Assembly (NCBI RefSeq): GCF_009834535.1 | Contig: NC_045697.1 | Span: 39,806,001 to 39,870,000 of the forward strand | Length of the DNA: 64,000 nucleotides | Source of the DNA: Camelus ferus | Lineage: Eukaryota | Direction of reading: 5' to 3' | Shown here: positions 40,201 to 54,259 of the stretch, one piece after another | Numbering within the stretch: position 1 is the first letter of the stretch | How the letters are laid out: each line of letters opens with the position of its first letter | Notes under the pieces: generated by a model | What the model was told of the DNA's origin: nothing | Database searches by the model: none | Seen by the model: the letters and a program-made list of their open reading frames with translations, nothing else | Program-made: the position numbers and the translations under genes

Positions 40201-41002
40201 AACAAGCATAAAAATACCCACGATTCCTTTACCATGACAGAACCATTGGAAAGAGAAGTTTAAAAGCATTCTATTTATTGTGCTAGATTTATAACTCTGG
40301 AAAACAAGTAAACATGGATCAAATCACCTGTACAATTTCAGCACAGTTCTCAAAGAATATGTGGGTTGAACAAAGAGACTGAAAGTTAGACTCATTGCTT
40401 TAATACCAACATAAACCTGTTCTTTTGATTGTAAAGTATGACTAATAGCATAGGACATTATCTTCCTGTCAGAAGTTCTTCAAAAGTGAGCCAACAGTGA
40501 GCCAAATGCATAGAGCATTGTAGAAACAATAGCTTCATCCGCTTGAGGAGCTGCTGAATGCAGGACTCCCATTTACTTAAGGCTTTAATATTTAGCTCTA
40601 CAGAATTCCAAGGTACATCTTGCTTCCATAAATAATTTTGTGGCTGAAGCACTCAAAATATGAGAAGATTGTCATTTTCAAACAGTCTTCTAGTTTAAAT
40701 ATGTAATCTTGAGGAAGGTCAAATAACAGAGCTAAACAATTTCCCATTAGATCTCTTAGGAAAACTTACACTCTCTCCTTTTTATTTAGCTTTAAATATA
40801 ACCTCATCCGCATAAGATACTTATTAACTACATAGAGAAAAATAGTGATTTACAGCAGAGATAACTTGCAGGCACCACCTTAATAAAATGTTTAGAGTTA
40901 GTATCACTGGTAATGCTACTTGGTTGACTGATGCACTGAGAAGGACACAGCATCATTCTGTGGTATTCCTGGCAAAATGTATAACCTGACTCTCAAATCA
41001 AG

Positions 41003-41647
41003 CCAGTAACCCCACTCCTGGACATATGTCTGGAAGGAACTCTAATTCAAAAAGATACATGCACCCCAATGTTCACAGCAGCACTATATACAATAGCCAA
41101 GACATGGAAACAACCTAAATGTCCAGTGAAAGATGACTGGATAAAGAAGCTGTGGTATATTTATACAATGGAATACTACTCGGCCATAAAAAAGAATAAA
41201 ATAATGCCACTTGCAGCAACATGGATGGACCTGGAGATCGTCATTCTAAGTGAAGTAAGCCAAAAAGAGAAAGAAAAATATCATATGATATCACTCTTAT
41301 GTGGAATCCAAAAAAGAAAAAGGAAAAAAGAGGACACTAATGAACTCATTTACAAAACAGAAACAGACTAGCAGACATAGTAAACAATCTTATGGTTACC
41401 GAGGGAAAGGGGATGTGAAGGGATAAATTTGGGAGTTTGAGATTTGTAAATGTTAACCAATATATATATAAATAGGTTTAAAAAAACAAATTTCTTCTGT
41501 ATGTCACAGGGAATTATATTCAATATCTTGTAATAACTTTTAATGAAGTGAATATATGTATATATATATGCATGACTGGAATATCATGCTGTATACCAGA
41601 AACTGACACATTGTAACTGACTACACTTCAATTTAAAAAACAAAATC
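41003..41647 (+). mobile_element. 5'-truncated L1
   Basis: ORF2 C-terminus still open ([19 protein letters not shown]...[14 protein letters not shown]), 3'UTR and A-tail. aaatcaag on both sides is the likely TSD. Confidence 0.9.
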
Positions 41648-41958
41648 AAATCAAGGAATGAACTTGCTGTAAAGTAACTGGCTTGAATGCTTCAAAATGG
41701 CAAGATCATGAAAGACAAAAAAAAAAAAAAATGAAGGAACTATTTCATATTAAAACAGACAAATGAGACATGATATCTAAATGCAATGTTTGATCCGAGG
41801 TTAGATCCTGAACCAGAAATGTTTTTTCTTCTGCTATAAAAGAACATTAATGGGATGACTGATCAAACTGAAATCTGACCGTTATACAATAACACTGTAT
41901 CAATATCAATGTCCTGATTTTGGTAATTATACTCTGATAATATAATATCTCTTGTTTT

Positions 41959-43068
41959 CTTTTTTTTTTAAGCTAATGTTGATTTATTGATTTATAATCA
42001 TTTTACAATGTTGTGTCAAATTCCAGTGTTCAGCACAATTTTTCAGTTATTCATGGACATATACACACTCATTGTCACGTTTTTTTCTCTGTGAGTTATC
42101 ATAACATTTTGTGTATATTTCCCTGTGCTATACAGTGTAGTCTATTCTACAATTTTGAAATCCCAGTCTATCCCTTCCCACCCTCCACCCTCCTGGTAAC
42201 CACAAGTCTGTATTCTCTGTCTGTGAGTCTATTTCTGTCCTTTATTTACGCTTTGTTTTTGTTTGTTTGTTTGTTTTTGTTTTTGTTTTTTAGATTCCAC
42301 ATATGAGCGATCTCATATGGTATTTTTCTTTCTCTTTCTGGCTTACTTCACTTAGAATGACATTCTCCAGGAGCATCCATGTTGCTGCAAATGGCATTAT
42401 GTTGTCGGTTTTTATGGCTGAGTAGTATTCCATTGTATAAATATACCACCTCTTCTTTATCCAGTCACCTGTTGATGGACATTTAGGCTGTTTCCATGTT
42501 TTGGCTATTGTAAATAGTGCTGCTATGAACATTGGGGTGCAGGTGTCATCCTGAAGTAGATTTCCTTCTGGATACAAGCCCAGGAGTGGGATTCCTGGGT
42601 CATATGGTAAGTCTATTCCTAGTCTTTTGAGGAATCTCCACACTGTTTTCCATAGTGGCTGCACCAAACTGCATTCCCACCAGTAGTGTAGGAGGGTTCC
42701 CCTTTCTCCACAGCCTCTCCAGCATTTGTCATTTGTGGATTTTTGAATGACGGCCATTCTGACTGGTGTGGCAAGAATAAACAAATGGGACCTAATGAAA
42801 CTTACAAGCTTCTGCACAGCAAAGGAAACCAGAAATAAAACAAGAAGAAAACCTACGGAATGGGAGAAAATTTTTGCAAGTGAAACCGACAAAGGCTTGA
42901 TCTCCAGAATATATAAGCAGCTCATACGACTCAATAAGAAAAAAATAAACAACCCAGTCCAAAAATGGGCAGAAGACCTAAACAAGCAATTCTCCAAGGA
43001 AGACATACAAATGATTAAAAAGCACATGAAAAAATGCTCAATATCACTAATTATCAGAGAAATGCAAA
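41959..43068 (-). mobile_element. Young L1 with 5' inversion (twin-priming structure)
   Basis: Poly(T), 3'UTR and ORF2 C-terminus on minus (41959-42770), then adjacent upstream ORF2 sequence on plus (42771-43068). TCTTGTTTT flanks both ends (41950-41958, 43069-43077). Confidence 0.88.
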
Positions 43069-44649
43069 TCTTGTTTTGTTTTTGTTTTGAAGTGTTTATA
43101 CCTCAGGTCTGCATGTTACTCTCAGTTTTTTTTTTTTAATCTAGCTATGGAAAGCTATTTACTTTACTGAGAGTATATAAGAATTCTTTGTTCTATTTTT
43201 ATAACTTTTATATAAATTTAAAATATATATATAACCTCAAACAAAAAAGAATTCAGAAGACAGATCTAATACAGTACTCCTTCCAGTACTGCCACCCTAA
43301 CTTATGTTGCTCAAAATTATAGCTGGACTGGAAAAGAATTTACATGTTTAGAATTTCTCTAAATTGAAAGACAAAAGTTAATTGTGCTGTTCCTTTTTTG
43401 CCAGTAGCTATGTTCCTGGCATGTTCTATAACTGCATAGTAATTTTTTCCTTGGGCAAGTTAAGAGGAACAACCAAACATTTGGTACTGGACATGTTACA
43501 TTCATTTTACAAGCATTTATTTAAAACCTGCTATGTGTTAGTCACTGTGCTAGCTGCAGGGACAAAGAAAAAAAACATACATGGCATGTGACCCAAAAGA
43601 TCTTACAGATTAGCAGGGGAGACAGACATATAAGTGAATGAATGCAGTGAAGCAGTATAGGTGTATAGGTGAGGGGTGTGCGTGAGTGTGTGTGTAATCA
43701 ATCATTGTACACAAAGGATAGACTGGCCAGTTCCCAGGGATCCGGGAAAAGGAGAGAGTTAGAACAATCTTCCTGAAAGACACTGTGTTAAAACTGGGTC
43801 TGAAAAGACAAATAGGGGTTTAGATGGACAAACAGAGGGAAGGGTATTTGGGGCAGGAGGAATGGCATGAGCGAAGGATAATGAAGTATGAAACAGCCTA
43901 GAGTATTTGTCAGGCAGAAAATAATTCAGAATGGCTGATTCCAAGATGGGGAGTGGCCACAGTAAGAGATGCTAGAGAGAGGCAGAGGCCAGTTCCTTGA
44001 GGGCTCATATGCCACTGTGCTAGGAAACTCTGCACAGTCCTATGGAAGTGGAGTTGGGAGTTCTTGGCATTTGTCTGCATCTGTGAATAACTAACTTGTT
44101 AAACGATCAGAGGCAAAGAAAGCAAGGTACCTTGAAGTAGGTCACTGCATGCCCAGGAGATGATTTGTGTTCATCATAATAAGGGAATGGAACTGAGAAT
44201 GGGATGTTCTGTGATTTTTTTTTATATCTTACTCCATGACAAGAGAAAGATCTCCATTCTTTCTCCTTCGCTCTATCATTATAAGAGACCGGTGAGGATT
44301 CACTCTCAATGTGCCAAATGAGAAAATTCAAGTTATAATCAAATGTCATCAATGTCAATTATTTTGACAGAGAAATAGTGGCTCAGTCAAGGCAACACTG
44401 CTTGACCTTGGGTGCACGTCTTTGTTTTTTGCTTCTCATAAATCAGAGTGACAAGGGGTCAAAAATCCCTGCTCACATCTTTGAAAGAGTTTAGCAGTGA
44501 AGAAGAGAAACGCTGCAATCAGAAAACTGAGGAATGAGGGCAGGAAATAGACATTGGATACGGAAGATTATTTTGAGTAAAAGTAAAAGGTCTTTAATGA
44601 AAAAATATTTCTAATTTATATCTGTCTCATGATTCTGAATTTTTATTTA

Positions 44650-45810
44650 TTCCCATATGAAAAAATACATACAAAAAGAATGAGAAGATGGGCCACAGAC
44701 TGGGAGGAAATATTTACAAAAGACATATGTGATAAGAGACTGTTACCTAAAATGTTCAAAGAACGCTTAAAGCTCAACAACAAGAAAATGAACAACCCAA
44801 TTTTAAAAATGGGCAAAAGATCTGAATAAACACCTCACCAAAGGTGATATACAGATGGAAAAAAAGCATATGAGAAGATGCTCAACTTCATACATCATGA
44901 GGGAATTGCAAATTAAAATAATGAGATATAACTACATACCAATCAGAATGGCAAAAATTAAAACACATGGACAACACCAGATGCTGACAGGGATGTAGAA
45001 TAATGGGAATCTCATTCATTGCTGGTAGGAATGCAAAGTGATACACCCACTTTGGAAGAAGTTTGGCAGTTTCTTAGAAAACTAAATATATTCTTACCAT
45101 ATGATTCAGCAATCACATTCCTTGGTATTTACCCAAATGAGTTAAAAACTTATGTCCACACGAAAACTTGCACAAGAATGTTTATACCAGCTTTATTCGT
45201 AATTGCCAGAACTTGGAAACCACCAAGATAACCTCCAATAGATGAATGGATCAACAAATTATGATGCATCCAAACAACGAAATATTACTCAACAGTGAAA
45301 AGAAATGAGCTGTCAATCATGAAAATAAAACCTTCAATGCATATTGCTAAGTGAAAGAAGTCAATCTGAAAAGGCTACACACGGTGTGATTCCAAATATA
45401 TGGCATTCAGAAAAAGACAAAACTATGGAGACATTAAAAAAAATCAGTGTTTGCCAGGGTGTTCGGGGTAGGGATGAGCAAATGGAGCACAGGGAATTTT
45501 TAGGGCAGTGAAAATACTCTGTATGATACTATAATGGTGGATGCTTGTCGTTATACCCTTGTGCACACCTATGGAATGTACAACACCAAAAGTGAATCCT
45601 AATGGAAACTACAGATTTGGGGTGATGATGATGTGTCAATGTAGGTTCACTAACTCTAAAAAATGTGCTACTCTGATGGGGGATGTTGACAGTGGGGGAG
45701 GCTGTGTGTGTTTGTGGGGGAGGGAATATGTAGGAACTCTCTGTACCTACCACTCAATTTTGTTGTGAACCTAAAATAGCTCTAAAAGTTAAGTCTACTT
45801 ATTAAATACA
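44650..45810 (+). mobile_element. Older L1 3' fragment
   Basis: Frameshifted ORF2 remnants (RMRRWATDWEEIF, LPYDSAITFLGIYP, CTRMFIPALFVIARTWK) followed by 3'UTR. Confidence 0.85.
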
Positions 45811-46044
45811 GATATTCATATACAATTTACATATAAAATATATAAAAATTCAGAGGCCATCAGGAGGACGAAAGCCAGAAATTCCCCTAGAGCAATCACA
45901 TTCAGGAGTTCAGCAATTATATATATACATATATTTTTTTAATTGAAGTATAGTCAGTTTACAATGTTAACTTTTTTTAAAATTACTTACCACTAGGTTT
46001 TTTCCAAGCTTTATTCATTTTTGGTACACGTATTACTAACTCAT

Positions 46045-46057
46045 TTTATTTATGTAT

Positions 46058-46092
<35 letters not shown>

Positions 46093-46217
46093 TTATTTAA
46101 AGGGGGGAGGTAATTAGGTTTATTTATTTATTTTTAAAGGAGGTGCTGGGGATTGAACCCAGGACCTTGTGCATGCTAAGCATGTGCTCTAGTGCTTGAG
46201 CTATATCCTACCCCTGC
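46045..46217 (-). mobile_element. tRNA-derived SINE, camelid Vic-1-like, with (TAAA)n tail
   Basis: Reverse complement of the 106 and 23751 elements (ggggaggtaattaggtttattta...ggggattgaacccaggaccttgtgcatgctaagcatg...gagctata). Confidence 0.8.
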
Positions 46218-47639
46218 CAGCAATTACATTTTAAGCAAAGGTTTTTACTCAGTAAGTTTTGTGATTAATTTTTACATTAAAAGAATATTTTGGCAACAGT
46301 GTGGGGGATGAAGTGGAAAAAGACTGGAGGCATGACCTGTTAAAAGCCTATTGATGAAAAATAGGACCTAGATTAAGGGATGGATATGGCAGGACCTGAT
46401 GACTGACTGCGTGTGGGAAGTGAGAGGAGGGGAGCAGTACAGGATGACTTCAGTTCTGGGGCCCAGGTGACTCAGTGGATGGCGGTATCATTCGGTGGAT
46501 GGTTTAGTAAAGAGGAGGGAGAGTTGGCGGGGGTGGGGGGGATGAGCTAATAAGTTTAAGAGGGTCATTCTGTCTGATTTGATCACCTTATATAACATTG
46601 TTCAGTTTATGAGTGCTATAAGTTGGTGAATAAATTATGTTTCAATGAGATCATCACATTAAAAGAAAACAGCCTCAGTGACAAGACCAAACACTGTTTT
46701 GAAATTGGTTATTATTTCCCTTTGGAAGGAAATCAAGAAGAAACCAGGGCAGAATGAATCCCAGGGCTCTGCCCCAGGTGCTGGCAGGCCTGGCAGTCAG
46801 TGCCTGGCAGGCCAGGAAGTCAGTGCTGGACTCTGAGTCAGCCACAGATGCCCGACAGGCTGTGAAAATTAGGAAAAGCAGGCTCTCAAAACCCTGGAAT
46901 TGCAACCGTAGTTTAAATAAATATACTTTTATTTTTACTTTCACTTAATCATGATTTTGGTAGTCATCATATTTGTCATTGGCAACAATTCTTTGGTGCA
47001 GGCTACATCACTGAAAAGTCAAATCAAGTTAGAATTATCAAAATCCTGAATCTCTTCAACATGGAACACACAGCTTCCTACAGTGAGAGTGAAGAACCCT
47101 TAGAGATTGTCCCTGTCTTCCTCACCTGAATACAGGGAAAGCCTTCTTTCAAAGTTCATTAACTCTTACACTATGGACTGCTTGATACAATCTCAAGATT
47201 CACTGGAAACGTACACAGAGTAAAACATCTATTGATTATCATTTTGAGAATTGCTTCAGTTGTTTTCTAAGACCTCATAAAGCACTGGCCTAAATATGGA
47301 TAATTAATACAACAGTCATTAAGATCACACATTTCAAGCCTACAAACTTGCTGCCTTAATTATTTAACCTTTTCTAGGATTATGAGGCTTTTAAAATCAT
47401 ATTAACACCATGAAAAATTCCATTCATAATTTTCACCTAGTAAATTGGAAGAGGATATGGCTTGAGGGCTAGTATAGACATTTTGAAGAAAAAAAAGTTC
47501 TTCCTAGTATCATGTAAGAAACCCTTTCAGTCACAGGAAATGGTTAAGAAGAGGGAACTTCCCAGGCCTCACTGGGAGCAACCTGGAAAGCTTTTTCCTA
47601 CTAAAACAACAATAACCAAATCCTGTTAGAGTCATAGAA

Positions 47640-48010
47640 GATACACACCAGGTACTTATAATATTTAAGATAATTTTTTGTTGTGAGGGGCTGTCCTGTG
47701 CACAATAAGATGTTTAGCAGCATTCCTGGCCTCTACCCAATAGCACCACCCCAACTGTAACAATCAAAAATGTCTCCACAACGTTGTCAAGTGTCCCCTG
47801 AGGCCAAAATCATCCCAGTCTGAGAATCACTGTTCTAGTCTTGCTACTGAAAGTATGGTCCGAAACTCAGCAGCATCACCTGGAAGCTTTTAAGAAATGA
47901 GGCGTACAAGCCAGCTATTCACTGTGATCTCAGTCATACTCAATCAAAATTTGCATTTTAACAAGATTCTCAGGTGACTCATATGCACATTCAAGTTTGA
48001 AAAGCACTGT
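47640..48010. mobile_element. Adjacent MER20-like and MER5-like hAT elements
   Basis: gatgtttagcagcattcctggcctctaccc...tgagaatcactg, then cagcagcatcacctggaagc...aatttgcattttaacaagattctcaggtgactcatatgcacattcaagtttgaaaagcactg. Confidence 0.75.
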
Positions 48011-48773
48011 CAGATTATGCAGATCATATTTATCCAGCAGCAGGAAGGAAGTGGGGAAGAAGGGGGAGGCAGGGTGTGCAAAAAGAAAAGGGAGTGAACA
48101 AAAAAAGAGATAAAAGCTAAGAAACTTAGTCAAAATTGAAAACACATATAGAACTGTAAAATCAAACATAAAAGTAGGTGGAGCATAGAAGATTTTAGGG
48201 CAGTGGAAATACTCTGTATGATACCATACTGGTAGATACATGCCATTATACATTTGTCCAAACCCAGAGACTGTCCAACACCAAGAATGAACCCTAAGGG
48301 TGATTATAATGTGTTAATGACTCTTTTGAAAAATAATAAACCATAAATCAAGCACAAATAATTTTTCTTTCTGTGAAATTTTTTACAAAGTTGCCAATGA
48401 GAAAGAAAAGGAGAAACTTTTTAAAGTGGAATTTTAAAGGAGAAAAAAATGTAAAGACAGGGAACTTAGGAGTATACTCAGTTAACCACAGGTTTAAATT
48501 ACTAAGGCATAGACTAGAACAGTGACTATGAAGATCAAAGTGGGTGAACGCCAGGGGATTTATGAAGAAGGAGATTGTAAGAACTGGCAACTAGCTGGCT
48601 GTGAAACAGGTAGCACAGACTGGGTAGGTTGCTTCCTACATGGTCACTTTCCAAGCTGGGCTGCATGATCCAGACAAAAACCTTGGGGAATGGCAAATTA
48701 CTTGCTGAGGCCTCAGGTGATGTCAGTTCTACCTCCTTTTATCCCTCCAATTTTACTTATATCAGAATTTTGC

Positions 48774-48858
48774 AAAGAATATGAAACAAATATATGTATG
48801 TATATGTACACCAGAAATTGATACATTGTAAACTGATTATATTTGAATAAAAAAAAAT
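48774..48858 (+). mobile_element. Very short L1 3'-end insertion
   Basis: tgtacaccagaaattgatacattgtaaactgattata plus A-tail, flanked by aattttgc (48766-48773, 48859-48866). Confidence 0.7.
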
Positions 48859-49009
48859 AATTTTGCCTGTGTAGTATCTTCCCCTCCTCAATGCTCTACT
48901 TTGAATTCTTGCAGAAAGAAAACTTCCCAAACTATTTTTCCTAAATATGACAACTCTGTCAAGAGGATGATTGTTTTCAGGAATGCTTCCCAATCCTCAG
49001 GCTTCTCCT

Positions 49010-49245
49010 CCTTTTTGATAGTTCAGATCGGGGTAGGCAAATTTATTTCTGTTAAAGGGCCAGATAGTAAATATTTTAGGCTTGGTAGTCTGTTCTGTTT
49101 CTGTTGCAACTGTAACCTTCAAGAATGAAAGCAGCCACAGACAGTGTGTAAACAAATGGTAGTGGCTGTGTTCCAATAAAACTTTATTTATAAAACAGGT
49201 GGTGGGCTCCATCTGGCCTTCAAGCCATCGTTTTCAACCTAAGGC
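49010..49245. mobile_element. MER58-like hAT element
   Basis: ggggtaggcaaa...aaagggccagatagtaaatattttaggctt...ggctgtgttccaataaaactttattta. Confidence 0.8.
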
Positions 49246-51064
49246 CTAGTTCATTCTTTTCAGCTTGAACTCATCTCTCTAACAAAAATTTAAATAAGTA
49301 GCATGTATTGAGTACAAAGTGTCAGGTACTATTCTAAGTGATTTACATATATTATTACATTTTAATCTCACATCAACACACTGGGGTAGTTTATCACTCA
49401 AGGTTCAGGATAGGAAAACATAAATTATTCTAGGTATTTCCAGTATAAAAGAATTTAATAGACAAAGTATATGCTTATAAATTCACTGGAAGAGCAGAAA
49501 TAGTGGGCTTGCTCTGGAGTTTGGGCTCTAAGTTCATCCAGAGGGCAGGCAGCTACTGCTGTGACCACTGCTGTTGCTGCCACAGCTGCCTCATGTCAGA
49601 GCAGATGTGTCCAGAGGGCCACACAGATCCAAGCCACACAAACCTCGTGTCTGTCAGAGCCTGCCTGTCAGCTCTCCTGCTGCGGGATGCTGGACTCTGT
49701 CTCCCTTTCACATCTCATGAGTGCGAACTTACTGCACATTCACATCCCTAGCTGCAGGAGAGTCTGGAACATGTACTTTTAGCTTTCCAACTTCTGCAGA
49801 TAGGAGGAGGGTGAGATGGAGGCTGAGAGGGCCAAACCAGCCGGTACAGATGGGTACTATTACTATTCCTATTCCAAGCCAAGTTGCAAAGAACTTCCTG
49901 CCATTTTTCCTTGATTTCCTTTATTCTAAATGGGGAGTTGCTTATTCAGATACTTCCTCTTTGATACACTTATAGTTTTAGTGACCTCTTTTCTTATTTT
50001 TGAAGTATTTCAAAATACATATGAAAAGGCTATTTTAAAGAACAAAATAGTGGTAATGAGGCTTTTTAAGAAATACCATTCCTCTTTTCACATGTTCACA
50101 ATCTAATTATGTTGAACTTTTAAGCTGAAGATCAAACCTGGCCATTTTTGTGATCAGTTTTGAAATCTGACACTTATATACAGAAGCCATTTAAAATGTG
50201 TATTAACATGCAGCCCTTCAATATCCACTCAAACCTGCATTATTTACTCTTATCTGAGCTGCTATATAGTCTGGATGGTTCATCATACTCATCTCTGCTA
50301 GCAAGTGTCTATGTCCCCATTGCAAAATTCAAATTTGTTTTCATGGATTAAAAGAGCTTATAAAAGGGGATAAAATGGGTGATGCCTGAGACTTAAGTAA
50401 ATAATCTGATAGTGCTAGCTGACCCATTCTTTACTGACACTTCCCCAACCCTTTGTGGTACAGGTACAGGTTTCCCTCCCTCCTTTGTGTATCTGATGTA
50501 CAATGTAAACTCAACAAGTGTTGAATAAATACACAAAGAAATGCATCATATATAAACTAGGATTTTTAGTTAACTTTATCCTATGCTGTTTACTCCACTA
50601 TGAACTTCTTGAAAATTGAGATCGTATCTTTCACACTTTTATACCCGTTCTTTTTACCTCCTGTTATAATACTGAGAATACAGGAAGTTCTCAATAAATA
50701 TTCATTTAACTGAATCAATGGTTTTGAAATAAAATACACATTTATCAATTATTAACCTCAAATATTAACTGGTAATATTTACATTTTTAAACTACTTAAT
50801 TAAAGAAAAATTTAAGAGGGAGAAACAGTTAAAGAACAATTCACTAATATTCTAACCACCTAAACACAACCAACATTTGGTTTTTATTCATTTTTTTTTC
50901 TATTCCTAAGTTCTTGATTTAAAAAATAATTGTACTTGTGCATAAAATTTGTGTCCTGCTTTTTTTCACTTATTATATTTAATAAGCATTTTGGTATTGT
51001 TGTGATGAGTTTTTAACACTGTATAATGGTATATCCAGAGGACAGCTCCAGCTTCTAGGACAGT

Positions 51065-51565
51065 GTGATGTTAACTTTTTGTGTCAACTTGCCCGTGCCA
51101 AGGGGTGCCCAGATTAAATATTATTTCTGGGTGTGTCTGTGAGGGACAGATGAGATTAGCATTTGAATCAGTGGACTCAGTAAAATAGACAGCCCACTGC
51201 AAAGTGGTTGGGCATAATCCAATCCATCATAGGTCAGAATGAACAAAAAGGTGGAGGAAGAAGGAATTCATGCCTTTTGCTTCCTACCTGGCTGCCTGAG
51301 CTGCGACATCTGTCGTCTCTTGCCCTTGGACTAGGATTTATACCACCTACTTCTCTGGCTCTCAGGCCTTCAGATCCATATTGGATTTACACCACTGGCT
51401 TTCCTAGGTCTCCTGCTTTCAGAAAGATCTTAGGACTTCTCAGCTTCTATAATCATGTGAGCCAATTCCTCATAATAAACCCTTCCATACATACACACAC
51501 ACACACATACACACACACACACACACACACAATTAATTCTGTTTCCCTGGAGAACTCTGATAAAT
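51065..51565 (+). mobile_element. ERVL LTR (MLT2-like) with (CA)n tract
   Basis: tgtgatgttaactttttgtgtcaacttg...ttatttctgggtgtgtctgtgagg...gagccaattcctcataataaa-(CA)n-ttctgtttccctggagaactctga. Confidence 0.8.
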
Positions 51566-51984
51566 CTAGACAGTACCTGCCACATAGCAGGCAATCAGTA
51601 AATTAATAAGTGAATGGCAAATATAAAGAATTAAGAATTACACTTCTAAAATATTTATAATTTTTATAGGTGAGAAATGGAAAGTTCTTTGATGTTTGAA
51701 ACTTGCATTACTCTATTGTTGAGGATGAATATTTTTATGCATTTATTGATCAACTGTATTTTTCTCTTTTGTGATTTTTTTCATACTTTTTGTGCATTTA
51801 TCTGTTGGATCCTTGATTTTAATGAACCCGTTATAATTGTAATTTATTAACAAATTTTTTGTGACTTTTGTTCCTAAAATAGATGTCATCAAATTAAGGA
51901 AACAATTGGCAAAATAAAATCAAATCTTTATAATCACAGAAAGAAAAGTACAAGCAGGAATAAATGTGAGTTCAAATACTGGAT

Positions 51985-51999
51985 GACGCCATCTAGTGG
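51985..51999 (-). promoter_or_regulatory. Candidate CTCF site
   Basis: Minus strand reads CCACTAGATGGCGTC, matching the CTCF core CCASYAGRKGGCRS. Motif only, no binding evidence. Confidence 0.55.
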
Positions 52000-52510
52000 A
52001 AAAGTAATTTTAACTTCTCTCTCTGAACCAGAGATTCCCAAATTTCAATGTCCCAAATTTGGTATTTATGGAACTTTATTAAAATATATATCCTAGCCTC
52101 TTCTCTACCTGGAGGTTTCTATCTCATTTAATGTGTATGATAACCCAAGAGTTGTGTTTCAATATTATCCACATTGAAAACCATAAAAATTTCACGTCAG
52201 GTTCCCATTGGTACATTGTGCTTTCCTTTTTCATCAGAATTTTCTCCAGCTTCACCGCAATAAGGAATTTTGCTGCTCTGATAACATTCATTAAATGTGT
52301 AGGCTGGACCAGCCCCTATGCTAACTGCTTTATTAGTATCATTTTGTTTAATCCCCTCAACAACTCTAATAAGGTAGGTAGTACTATTATACTATTTTTA
52401 CAGATGAGAAGATTGACGTAGAGAGTTTAAGAAACTTTCCCAAGATCACACAGCTAATATGGTCCCTGAGCCCAGAGCTCTGTGATGGGAAAGATCAGAG
52501 TCATGCCAAT

Positions 52511-52545
<35 letters not shown>

Positions 52546-54259
52546 ACTAATGATTTTATAATTCTATGCTGTCACCTACATTCAGTTTAGTGTACTACAT
52601 GCAGAAATGAGTTAGATTCCTTAATTAGTGAGGGCTGTTTAGGGACATTTTGCAACTAAATATTTACATGGTTTAGACCAATGCTTCACACACTCAGATG
52701 TTTCTTAAATATTAGATGTTGATTTGGGGTGCTATAAATTTGAAAATATTTTCAATATTCTGCTGTTACTCTCCATTTCCTCAATACTAATTTAAATTAA
52801 ATTGATCTGCTTCAAACCTTCTATGTGGACGCAAACTGAAACTAATTTATTTATAACTGGTTAGAAAACCCAGTTGATAGGGATCTCTCAGCCCGGGGAG
52901 GTGAGATGAGGCTAATGAAGCTGGTCTTAAGCATGGGTGCGTGCCCCAAACCTACAGGGGCCAAGGTTCTGGCCTGCCCAGGGCCCTCTCTGTGCTGACA
53001 GAAGTCAAGCTCTACATCCCCATACCTCGCTGAAATGTATCTTTCCCATAGTTCACTCTTTCCCTAGGGCCCAAAGTATCAACTAACTGTACCTGAAAAA
53101 TTAATTCCTACCACTGCCCTAGTAGGAAATAATGTGAAGGTAACACTGGAACTTTACAATAGGCCCTCTTAAGGGTACATCCCTGACAACTGCCCTATGC
53201 TGAAATCTTCTGAGCATTAGTGAACAAAGACCATCAAATAACGTAGTAGGTTTTTTTTTTTCTGAGCAAACAAACAATATAAAAGTTTCTCTACTTTTAC
53301 ACTGCTGAATGGAAGAGAAATCTGAACATATAATCTTGTATTTGCATCTATATATCCCTCACTCCCAACCCTACTTCCCAGGAGCTCAAAGTGTAAAATG
53401 ATAAAGCCCAAAGATGCAAAAGGTTCAAGTCAATACTTAGCAAAACAAAGGGAAAAAATTGACCACTAACAAAGAATCTTCTAGTATAATGAACTGGAAA
53501 GAATGGAGAAAATTAAAATAAAAATAGATAACATGAATTGAGCATTAATTTGTCCCAGGGACTCTTCCGAATGCTCTTTGCATAAAGTACCATATTTTAA
53601 TCCCCAGGAGGGAATTTCATGAGGTAGGAACAACTATTAATCTCATTATACAGATAAGGAAACTGAGTAGTTAGGTCATTTGCTGGAGTCCTACAACTAG
53701 TAAACTATTTACCTGGAACCAAGCTGTCAGGCCCCAGAGCCCAAATACTTATCCAGTACACTAATAAGAAATAGATCAAACCAGCATCATTTCCTTGGAG
53801 AGTCAGAGGCAAACGTGGGGCGAAAAGCCCACTGAATAGATCACCCATTTAGCTTAAGGACACAGCTACTTAGACTCCTTGCTGTTTCCAAGCTCACTTA
53901 CAGAAACAAATTAGTTGTGCTATTATTATGCGATTGAATTCACGATGAGTTCCGCAGGGTAAGAATCTGGACATCTTAGAGGTTAAGAAGACTAAGCCGT
54001 TCTTTTCAGGGTCTTAAATTCTTTTAAATTAAAGAATAAAAAAAAAAAAAGCCAAACGACGTGACAGGAACTGTGGTAAAGACATAAAACAAAGTAATGC
54101 TTTTCACATACCCAATATGACAGTGGGTTTGAAACCTCATTTTGGTGATAACCACGTAGGTCCCAGCGTACCACTGTGTGACTGTGAGGTCCGGCCACTG
54201 GCTTCCTGGCACCCTTGCGATAGGCCCTGCTGAAAACTCAAGACATTTCTCACTTAAGC

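Noticed and set aside
42290..43139. 245-aa and 130-aa ORFs
   Set aside because: L1 ORF2 fragments fused to antisense L1 across the inversion junction, not host genes.
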